Part shown: positions 1-10,483 of the stretch, piece by piece | How positions within the stretch are numbered: position 1 is the stretch's first letter | How the letters are laid out: every line of letters begins with the position of its first letter | NCBI GenBank assembly: GCA_029953675.1 | Contig: JAMWBK010000001.1 | Coordinates: 2,294,001-2,358,000, forward strand | Reading direction: 5' to 3' | DNA length: 64,000 nucleotides | Origin: Rhodosorus marinus CCMP1338 | Lineage: Eukaryota > Plantae > Rhodophyta | The notes under the pieces: generated by a model | Database searches by the model: none | The model's input: the letters and a program-made list of their open reading frames with translations, nothing else | What the model was told of the DNA's origin: nothing | Position numbers and translations under genes: made by a program

Positions 1-40
1 CAGTTACAGCATCGTCTGCACAAATGACAACGAAAAACCA

Positions 41-373
41 TCAATTCGCAAAATATCTACCCTCATTTCTCACAAGAAAAGCAGAAAAAAAGCAGTCGTC
101 TTCCCAAATTTTTTGTTCGGTGTATTTACCTTCAATATCCACCATTTCTATAGGCGGCTCCTTGCCCCCCTCTGCGTCTCGTGGCACAAGCTCAGCAACA
201 GCTGCATCAAGGATATCCGCATTTTCCGATATGACGGGGTTCGGCACTTTCGAAGCTTCAGGTCCACCTTCCTCCATAGCCACCAAATCTCCCTGTACCG
301 CGTCATCCACATCATCGTTTATCATCACGGTATCACCGTTAACGTCCTTCTCGACGCCAGTCTCTTCCGTCAT
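41..373 (-). CDS. Hypothetical protein, acidic N-terminal exon; gene probably continues past the left edge of the window
   Basis: 110-codon ORF with ATG start and acidic protein-like composition (MTEETGVEKDVNGD...EQKIWEDD). Upstream DNA (560-1240) has the same strand skew as other 5' leaders here. No family recognised. Confidence 0.45.
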   Translation of the reverse strand: MTEETGVEKDVNGDTVMINDDVDDAVQGDLVAMEEGGPEASKVPNPVISENADILDAAVAELVPRDAEGGKEPPIEMVDIEGKYTEQKIWEDDCFFSAFLVRNEGRYFAN

Positions 374-1989
374 TATGCCAACTTCTGGAACAAAGAAACC
401 TCAAAACTTCCGCACAAGGCAGCGCCACCACCTCTCAACCACTCAAACTAAACAAAATCTGACCTGCTGTTGCCTTCGCTGTTCTCTCGTAAGTATCGAT
501 CACATCTCCTCAATCCCTTCCGAACCATCCAAAACTGCGATACGAACGTTTTGATGCTCAAGAAAACACAGAAATTCTCAAACTAAGCAAAAGCTTGACC
601 TCTTTCATTCACATTTCTATCTCCAAAATTAACCAAACCATCCTCAGCCTCGAAAATCCAAACTCCAACAACCACCCTCCCCCGCCCCCCCGAACAAAAC
701 CGAGAGATTCACAGCGAGAAAGCAAAGTACCGATTCTCAACGAAAACGCAGAACAACCCACAAAAAGCAGAGCCTAATCCGCTCTTCTGCTAATCAAACC
801 CAATACCGTGCTCAATCCCTCTCCTCCCCCCCAAAAAGGTCCCCCCTCCACACTTATCACCATGCAAAACCGCCAAATCTAAAAAAAACAGCAGGATGAG
901 GAACGATACAATGATCAGTTCCCCTCCTCCCCCCTCACCCCCCGACAAATTACAAACTTTAAAACAGCATAACGTCAAATCTTAACCCTTCAATTCTACA
1001 TTCTCCCTCTAAACAAAAAAAAGGCTCCATCTAGATCTCCCAATCTCTCCTCCCCAAGTCCCTCTTCCCCTTCAACCCTAAAACCCCAAATTGACCCGCG
1101 CCCATCCCCATCCTCAACAAATTCCCCTCCGAACTCTCCAAAAATCTATCCTCACACTCGGGTACAGAACTTCGAAAATTCCTGCTTGGCCAAGATCCGT
1201 TGCCCATTGATACTGGGACATTCTCTTTTTCACGAGAGGCAATCATTGAGACTTATTTTGATTGAATATAGTCAATATTATGCTTAGGTTGACTGATGGC
1301 GGGAAGAAGGTTGGAGGAGAGGTTGACGAGTACAGGTTGAGTTTTGTGGATGTTTGGTTCGACTGGGGGTTGTTTCGTTTGTTTGTTTTTGCTTTACTTT
1401 GATTACCTGGGAATAAAAACACAGGAAGCTGCTCATTGTCCCCCCATCCCCCTCCCGGGGCCTTCAAGAGGCTGACCCCCTTTTTTGTTGAGGAACAGGC
1501 TGTAAGCGTGGTCACCGGGTGGAGTATGCGGAAGCCGCAGTGGAAACTGAAAGCTTTGGCCTCGCATACGAAAGGATTTTACCGACCAAACTTGCGGCTA
1601 TTTAACCGTTGGAATAGCGCGACGGTGGCACTACCGCTGAAGGGGCGACTTTCCTCTGTTTCATACCCTCTTCGCTCGTCGCTTAGTACTTGTCGGCTCT
1701 TGCTACCTCAAACATACCTTCCATGCCCTAGGTTGTTCGCGCCCGTTTCAGGCCCTGTGATAGTGGACCACAGCCAGCGCAGTAGAGTGCGGGGTCCACC
1801 AGCTCGCAGAGGAACATGTTTGTATCGAAGTGTTCGTACGGATCGGTTTATAAAAAAAAAAGAAACAGTGTTTTTGTTTTGTTGGTCGACAGGGTCACTC
1901 GGATTTTTCCAAGAAACTTCACTGCTTTTGCGATAATGCTCGTCCGCCTCCTCTGTCCAGCCAACTCGCCTTGGTCTCGTCGCGTTCCC

Positions 1990-3179
1990 TCAGACAAGTA
2001 ACTGGACGGAGCAGTCAATCACGCGCTCAGGTCAAGCCGCCAAAGTCTATTGTGTTGCAAGGAACAGCTTACCTTTATCGAAAATGCGGTAATCGCCAGC
2101 ATTAGAATGATCTGTACTCCGGAAACTCCCATGTAAGAGTGCTCCGCTACGTCACTGGAATCTACAATACCGAGCGTGACCAAACAAGCACTCGATGAGG
2201 ATGACTCGAGTCCAGGAGGAAAACGACATAGGTGTTGGAAAGGAAGAACAAACCTTGGTTGGAGGTCGACGCTTCGATGTTACGCTTGAGCTCGTTAATT
2301 TGCAGTGAACGTTCGTTAATTTCTTTCTCAATCTCGTTAGCCATCCGTCGTCTTCTCTTCAGAAGCTCCTCTCCTGAATAAGTAGTTGACTTCACGCTTG
2401 CGCTCGTTCTTAAGAAGCCAATGCGCGGAGTTCGAAGCTGTCCAGTTAGTTCTTCCAAGCTTTCCTAGACATTCCCAGAGCAAAGCAACTCGGGCGGAAC
2501 TGGAGTCTCGCGAACTAAGGGGAGCACGCTTACTCTGACGGGGTTATAACAGTTCTGCCTTTATCCACATTCGCTTCTGACTCCATTTTATCGGCGATCT
2601 CCTTCCATTGAGAGTCCTCCCCAATCACCATTTTCACCGGGAAAAGCTGAAAACGTGTAGTTTTCGGTGGAACTTCTTGCCATAGCTATGATACACCAAG
2701 CAGAGACATGAGAGATTCAGAAAAACGCTACAAATGACACAGATCGGTGTTTCCTCTCACGCACCTCGGCAATATCAGCTGACTCGGTTCTGGGCATTGG
2801 GGCAGTCTGAGCAGAGATCAACGGGTAGTATCAAACAGAGGCAAAAGCACAAGCGCTCAGAAATGCAACATCCACGCCTTTCTTTCTCAGAAACATTTGG
2901 GGGTTGCATCACCTCTAAGCGAAACTTGTCCCTGCAGGAGAAGACATCGGGAGGAATCTGCGAATACGCGGTCATCCGAATCACGACCGCAATCTTCTGG
3001 TCCGGAGGGACGACTCCCGCAGGCGGATTCACAGAATATCTTTCCATCTTCGATAACTTCAGCTTGAACAGCACCGGGAGCTCCGACGTAGACTCCAGCT
3101 CAAGCGTACAACTCGCAGGCACGTCCGGAGTGATCGTGAAGACCATCTCCTTTGCGCTTGGCTTTATCAGCGCCTCCAT
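1990..3179 (-). CDS. VAP/MSP-domain protein (VAMP-associated protein-like), multi-exon
   Basis: Exon 1 has the MSP pattern (LELESTSELPVLFKLK...RYSVNPPAGVV...DKFRLEV). A coiled-coil exon follows (RRMANEIEKEINERSLQINELKRN, 2162-2458 frame). A hydrophobic frame at ~2075-2140 (GVSGVQIILMLAITAFSIK) plus LLV* at 1990 resembles a tail anchor. The splice path into that tail is unresolved. Confidence 0.72.
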
Positions 3180-6100
3180 TTAAAAAAAGACAGTAAACCC
3201 CCAAACGATAGGAAAATTTGATGCCCTAAGAAGCAGAATTCAAAGATGGCAGAAAGAAGAAAATTTCTCTCTTGTAATGCCAAACAGAGCCAGTCCCTCC
3301 GCACACCGGCCTAAGTCTCAATCGGGTCCTGATTCATAGCGATCCTACCACAATCAAACCGACACAAAAAATCACGGACGCGTGTTAGGTTTTCAATGGA
3401 ATAATTTCAAGATACAACGCGTGCCATGTTTTAATTGGTATTTTTACTCAAGACACGTGTACATTGAAAATTGGTTATTACCAACGAGAAGGACGCGTGG
3501 CGTATTTATGTGGTCAAAGGGGAATGGGACGGGATGGCGAACATGGACGCGCGCCGGTAAGAGGACACACCTCCGCGTTGCACACAGAGTTGGCGACCAG
3601 GCTGACGCTCTTGTACAGGACTGCGGGATGGACATTTGAGCAGGTCTAGTTTCGTGGTGTTTGTTTCGTGCTGATATGAGGCCACTTGGATCGTTTGTGC
3701 TTCCCGGAATGTGACATCGTTCAGTAGTCGCGGATTGCGCCGTGCGCCGAACACGGGCTAACAAGAAGACACGTATTCGGCGTAGCCCACGCTAGTCGTC
3801 GGGTAGTACTAATAGACGCAACAGAAGTCGAGTCTCCCGCTCCCTGAAACTCCTTTGCTCGGTTTTGCATGCTCGACGAGAGTTCCCGGCCACAAAAAAC
3901 AGTGCACAACGTAATGCCCTGGACAGGCGGGAAGACTATTCAACTGCGAAAACCACACGAAGGCTATCCGGACAAAGCTCGAGGATAGGTACGTTGAGAC
4001 TACTTCATGTAATGCATCTGCGCCTTCGGCCAGTTACTTGCCTCAGCTTGCAGGAAACCTCATCGATTGCAGTATTGGGCGAAACCGGGGATGAAGTTGC
4101 AGCTTAACAATCAAAAGGCTCTGTCCGACCGCTTCAATTCAGCCTATTGTTTGCAAGCTCACATATTTCCCTTCAGCCTCGTCCTGAACCATGTTCTACG
4201 CCTATACATGAACCTGGACTAGTTCCAAGGCGGTCATACTGCTTCCTTGACATCCATCAGCCAGATACGGGCAGCGCCCTGCCCGTTTGGCCTGACACCA
4301 TCATCCCAATCACCCAAACCAAGCCAGTTGCTCCTAACCGACAACGGGAAAGTGAGCTTTCCTTCCCCCAGTCGGTTTTGCTTACAAAAACAAGAGAAAA
4401 AAGAGTGCAGCTAACTAATCCAAACCGAGACTACTCACTTCAGGGTTAGTTCTCCACCCATCTGATGGTGGGGAAAAATTAGTGCAAAACCGTTTTGGGG
4501 TACTATGGTAAGGTTTTAAGAGAAAAACAATTTTGTCGGCCCTCGAGCAGACGAAATATTTTCAGAATTCAAGGGACCGACATCTTTGCTGCTCGGAATA
4601 GGTTTGAAATTAAGCATGCCTTTCCAAAACGGATATGTTGCAGTGTATTTTCTACTATTTTTCATTAATTAGGGCATATCCAGGTGAGGTCGGATTGGGC
4701 GATGAAAAAGTGGAAAATCTGAATCGCTTGATGCTACGCGTCGGTTTGTTCAAAAAGTGGAGGGGGGTAAATCACTTTACACATACTCCACTTTTTCTAA
4801 TAACACTCGTCAAAAATCCCATATTCAAAAAATTACCACCGCTTTAATCCACCTCCCTTACTCGAGCTCATTAGGAACCACCTGCACCATTGAACTTCTC
4901 AATACGTATTAATATCTCCCTTTCTTATTTTTATTAACAATAAAGAACAAATTCACCAGCCAAGTCCATTTCTGCACCCCCCCTCCTTCTCATCAAACCC
5001 GGAAGGGCGCTAGTGGATCGTCAGGCACCTTTTTTCAGATTACTACGATATTTATTTTTCAAATATATTTAGGGGCTCCCATTTCGGCAAATACGACCAG
5101 ACGAAGATTTCGTTTCTCAAGGATAGTCTTCAAAATAACAAAAAAACCTTTTTAGATAAATATTATTATGGAATATCGAGGTGTTGTTTTTTTTTGAAGC
5201 CGGTTAGTATATCATTTCATAATTGAAAAAAGCTTCCTCGCGCTCCAAACCGGCAGAAAAAAACCAGGAATTGTTTTTGTTTTCGAATCAAGAGTAAGGC
5301 ACACTACGTAAAGGGGAGTTAGCGGATACCGAGTAAGTTTCTCTCCACAGGACATAAATATTGTATTTCAAAAACGTTTAGAACTATTGTTGATATGATT
5401 GGACAACAAAGTGAAAAAAAAACCAACACCCATGTCCAAAGGAGTTTTTTGAAAGATTTTTCAGAAGCGAATTCATCCGATGACGAAATTTAGACCTGAT
5501 CATACCATTCCGAACCTAGTTTTCTGCTCTTTTTTTAGTATAAATTTTGTTTGAGGTTCTTCCACATTCAGCAGCCAGAGCGCGTTCTCTTTCTTGATAC
5601 ACAACTACCTTTAGGCTGTGATAAGTTTACTGATTATGACTCCCGCCATTCAACGGCCAGAGGCTTTCTCTTTCTTGATGTGGGACTTTCCCCCTTCCCC
5701 TCCCCCCCCACCAGCTCAACAGTTGGCGTAGAGCAAGCAGGCAACCTCATCATTTTCCAAAAAAAAATTATAGTTGGAACATCCCTAAATCTACGAAGTC
5801 CAATAGATATTTGTTAAAAGGGGTGAGGAGGGAGCAAAAAGTTATTCAGCGTCTTACCGGTTAATTGAATTAATTATAAAATATCATATGTATTGAGGGG
5901 AATGGGAAACGAGTAAAAGGGAAGGGGGGGGGGGCAAGGGAGCAGGGAAAGAAATATTTTACTTTAGTGCCTAGTTTATCAGTAAGCTGGAGTTTCCCGT
6001 CATGATGTATGATTAGTTTTTTTGCTGAAGGCGGTGGGCAGCTCCTCAATCTAAGAGTTAAGTTGGGAAATGTGGGGGTCGGAGAGCGAGCGGGGGGAGG

Positions 6101-6261
6101 GGCTGGGAAAGGGGTTGGGCTAAGAGAAGGTGTTTGTACAAAGTTTTGGCTTTTGTGGAAGGGATGTACGAGGATCGATCTCTTAGGGCTAGTTTTTTTT
6201 TGGAGGAGAATTTGACCAGGAGATGTTGAGTTAGAGAACGAAATTATTTTTTTGCTTCAAG

Positions 6262-8654
6262 ATGAGCGGTCTAGTGCGGTGGATTGGTTTGGGGTTGGTT
6301 TTGGTATGTTTTGTAGGGGTTTGGGGCCAGACAGAGACTATCATATCTGTCTCTGATGAAATCCCCCCGCCGAGTAGTGTACTCGAGAATGACATGCTTT
6401 GGGGAATCACTGTTAACCTCGACAAGTTCAACTCGTCTACGCTGGTTATAACGGCGGTTGGCCCAGACCTCGAGCAGCCGACCGACATGGCTACTTATGT
6501 GTACAGAGTGAATTCACAGGGTCAGGCATCTCAGAGTTTTTCTCTGTTTGGATACGGCAATTGCGCCGATGTCTCGTAAGCTTCCCTCCCGCCACCAAAA
6601 CAAAAGCCGATCACAATCGACCTGCCTTGGGGTATCTGCATCTATATGAACTTGTGTGTGCTACGTAAGAGTTCCCGCTGCTTAGAGTACTAATCATTTC
6701 GTTTTTGATGTTGTAAATTTTAGAAACAACGTGATCTACACATCCTCGACGGACGGGAGCGTGATGGTTATAGAGCTGAACAGTTCTGGAAACTGGGAAC
6801 CTACGCAGGAGGTTGTATTCTTCACGCCGGATCAACTTGATGATCTTGATAACTTTGGACGAATTTGTGCTGCCGGACCCGACGCCGCGCTGTTTACATT
6901 CTTCGATGTCATGGACAGCAGCGGTCCAATTCCAACGTTTGATACCTTTGACATGTATGTTGTGCGAAACGGAGACTCATACGAGTGCCTTGGTGGGCAG
7001 GGCGACTGTACGAAGAACACATTGGCCTCAGGACTGGATACCTTCCAGTACTTCCAGTTCGATCAGAATGGCGACCTTGGGTTGCTCAGTGTTGATTCTA
7101 TGGATATTGAGTTTGGAACGCCGGTATTCGACGTGTCGGCTGGAACCATCACCTTCAACGCAATCGGCATCCCCAGGGATGCCGACCCGTTGCCTCAGGC
7201 TATGGCCCTAGATAATGGAGCTCTGGCCTTCAACTACGCCTTTCTCCCGGAAATCAGTGATCCAAACGACGTGCGTGAGAGAGCATCGGATCCTCGGACC
7301 AGTTTTCTTCAGCTCAACATTGGGTTCTTTGGCGAGCTCCTAGGGTTTGTGACTGGACCTACGGGTTTCCAGAGGGAGAGGCAGGTGACTGTGAACAAGT
7401 TTGAGAACAGTAGTCCCAACGAAGTTACAGATTTCTTCAGCCTTGTTGACGACAGTGCAGCTGGAAACCTTATAAATATCGCCGTTCAAGATACGACTAT
7501 GAGTAGTGGCGAAGTGTTTGCGTTGAGCAACTTCACGTTCGACACTACTGCAAGCGGTACGACCGTGGTCAAGGTATGGCTTTTGCCCTTGGGAGCCAGT
7601 CCGACCCCCGTTCCGAGCAATACGCCGACTACCACTCCGACGCAGAGCCCATCTACGAGTGCCTCTGTGACCCCGACCGCGACTATGTCAGAATCTGCGA
7701 CCCCGACCGCGACTATGTCAGAATCTGCGACCCCGTCTCCGAGCCCAGATGTGAGTACATCTGTGAGTGCATCTGTGAGTGCATCTGTGAGTGCATCTGT
7801 GAGCGAGTCTGTGAGTGAGTCTGTGAGTGAGTCTGTGAGTGAGTCTGTGAGTGAGTCTGTGAGTGCGTCTGTGAGTGAGTCTGTGAGTGAGTCTGTAAGT
7901 GCGACTGCAAGTGCGTCTTCCAGTGCTACACCGAGTGAATCTGCGACTCCTTCGGCGACTCCGACTACCACTCCTACTCCTTCTCCCACGGCGGCGCCAG
8001 TTTGCTTCTCAGTTCATTCTTCTACCATGCAATGGACTCCGTCCGGACTGAAATCTGTCACTCTGGGTGACCTGCGACCTGGCAATCTCGTACAAGCCTT
8101 TGACGCCAATGGAAAATTAGCCCTGACGGAGGTCGTGCTAGTGCAGCACCATGATAGCTGGGATACTACTCAACTGCTCAGAATAGCTTACAGGACTGAG
8201 GCTGGGGAGGAGAAATCACTGCATGTGTCCGAAAACCATTACCTCGTGAAGGGGCTGCAGCCGCGAGTATATCAACTGGCGCGCGACTTCAAGGTACTCG
8301 TCGCGTCCTCCTATTGGTTTCGAACTAGCCCGCTTTGCACTCGTCTAACCGCTTTTCGTCCATCACAATTCGCAGGTTGGTGATGAACTGCTCATCGCGG
8401 GGGTGAAGGGTCACAGCGCCGCGAAGATCATCAGCAGAACTGTGGTTGAAGAGCCTGTACGGAATGTACTTACTACGAGCGACATGATTATCGTAGACGG
8501 AGTGTTAGCGTCGTCCTACACGAACGTTCTCGGCATCAGTCCGATGCTGCAGGCTATGCTGACATTGCCGCTGAAGGCTTTGAACGCCCTGGGTCTGGGC
8601 AAACTGGCCCAGAACCTCGATGCATTCGCCAACAAGCTTGTGTTAAAGTCTTAA
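6262..8654 (+). CDS. Secreted Hog/Hint-domain protein A (~720 aa): signal peptide, propeller-like domain, Ser/Thr/Pro stalk, Hedgehog-type Hint domain, amphipathic tail
   Basis: Exons 6262-6575, 6724-8293 and 8376-8654 join in frame through GT..AG introns (branch ctaac at ~8345). Hydrophobic N-terminus. Hint starts PV|CFS (Cys codon 8003-8005) and includes LRPGNLV, VSENH and IVDGVLASSY, matching Hedgehog Hint blocks. Confidence 0.88.
7667..7897 (+). repeat. Coding tandem repeats in the stalk of Hint protein A
   Basis: 30-nt unit (ATPTATMSES) x2, then 12 copies of a 12-nt unit encoding S-[T/A/E]-S-V at 7754-7897. Confidence 0.95.
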
Positions 8655-10230
8655 CTTCAGAGAAGAGAAACATTGCTTTCCTCCTTATATCCATGAAGAT
8701 TTAGGTCTTGCAATGCGATTCCTTCTCGACCGGTAGCGGCTGGCGTTTACTCAGCGCGACGTTGCAATCGCATCTGGAACAGAGGCTGAGACTGATTCTC
8801 GTTATTATGTACCGGATTTTGTTGAGCCGCCTTTTCTCCTGTCCTTGCCTGTGCCTGGAGCATTGTGCTAAACTTAAAATGCATTGAGCTACCGAGAGCA
8901 AACTTGAACCCCCGCCCCCACAACCCAGCCGTGAAATCAAGGAAACCACTGGAGACAGAGGGATGAGGAATTCGGTGCCGATGTTAGGAGGACTAGAACC
9001 ACCTCCAGGAGCTCCGACCCCTTCGACTGATGATCAGTCATCAGATCTCGACCGGGAGTCTGACCGAATTCTTCATCTACTCTGGGCCAAACACCAGTTT
9101 TGTTCCACTGCTGCTTGACTAGTTTTCTTCTGTTGAGCGAGTGGATTATGCTAGCCATTGTAACTCCCTCTCCTCGTGCCTAAAAGTTTGCATGAGCCAA
9201 AATGTTGCAGGGTGAGTACTTTTCGAGAATCGAAAGGCATGGCAGCTCCAGCGAGCTTCGGCAAACGCACGTTGGTGAAACCGTCTGCGTCGGCCAAATT
9301 GTGGGGGTTGAGTACTGCTCGGATCGAACCGTTTACTAGTTGGTTTGAAAGACTAGCAGAAGTCAGGATACGGACGCTGCGTTCGGATGCTGCTGGCGAA
9401 GTTTGCGGCCCTGATTCCCAACTTCAACGGAAATGGGATGGGTACGGGACAAAGCCGCGCATTCCCGGGAGACAGACGGAACAGCGGAGCAATGATTCGC
9501 TTGATGATGAACGAATTGTTCAATATTGGAGTACCAGTATCACGGGTTCAGTCAAGCTACGTTGGGCGGATGCTCTGGCAATTGATTGAACTGTCCCTGT
9601 GAATGGACGATTTCGGCACCGAAAACAGGGTTCGTGTCTCGATTGGTGACCTTTTCTGCAGCTAAACGTATACTAGGCACCCACGTGGATACTTTTTTTT
9701 CGAGTGCTATCTCGGAGTAGATTGGAACGCCTGAATCAGACTTGCTCTGCGACCCTCGGTTTCTCTCAATCCTTTTCCAAATTCCTTCTGTGGGGAACGC
9801 TTCTGGATTAATGTCAGCATCCTGCACAGGAACCATCATCTCGCTGCTTTTCTCATCTTCAATGTCAGAAGTTCCGTTTCTGGTCTTAGCTAGAAATGGG
9901 CGAATGTTAACATGTCGAGTTCAATTCCAATGCTACAAGGTGAGGGAGTACTTTTCCTGCCAAACAGTTTGAATCGGCCAATGTTACATGTCGAGTTCCT
10001 CTCGAGGGCAAAGGTTTGGGTTTTCAGAGACCATTTGTTCTTGTGGGATCAGTGGGTTTCCGGGGTTTCAATCCAAAGCGACGAGAGAGAGTTACTGAGC
10101 TCTTGTCGCAGATTTTACTTTATAAACGGACAAAGTATTAGTCGGCGATGAAGAAACACACACCAAAAACGGAAACAAAAAAATTTAGGTTCGCCCGAAA
10201 CATGCAGAGCCACAACTAGCAAAATTCTAT

Positions 10231-10259
10231 CGTGACGGCCTCCACGTGAGGCCGTCACG
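10231..10259. repeat. Perfect 12-bp inverted repeat (hairpin) with 5-nt loop
   Basis: cgtgacggcctc-cacgt-gaggccgtcacg, about 225 nt downstream of the stop codon of Hint protein B. Confidence 0.9.
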
Positions 10260-10272
10260 GATTCCAATGGCG

Positions 10273-10355
10273 TTCAGAAAGAGGTACCACTCCTACTTCT
10301 GCTCACGCACTCTCATAGCTTTCAGAAAAGGTACCACCACACCTACTTCTGCTCA
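10273..10355. repeat. Imperfect ~33-35-nt direct repeat, 2 copies
   Basis: ttcagaaagaggtaccactcctacttctgctca (10273-10305) and ttcagaaaaggtaccaccacacctacttctgctca (10321-10355). Confidence 0.85.
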
Positions 10356-10483
10356 GTTGCGACGGCTCAGGGAGGAAACCAGGGTCCACTTGCACAGAAG
10401 TTCTTGGAAGGCTCGTACATTCGCCGCACGAAGAACAAGCTTACGGAAATGGAGGAGATAGCTTAGCTGCGCTCATGCTTGAA

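Noticed and set aside
7486-7989. ORFs reading (DSLT)n, (QTHS)n and (CE)n over the stalk of Hint gene A
   Set aside because: Shadows of the 12-nt SxSV repeat; the spliced plus-strand gene explains the region.
8003-8654. Hint domains as protein-splicing inteins
   Set aside because: No C-terminal HN/HQ followed by a C/S/T extein. They end in the Hedgehog-type VDGVLASS[Y/F] plus an amphipathic tail.
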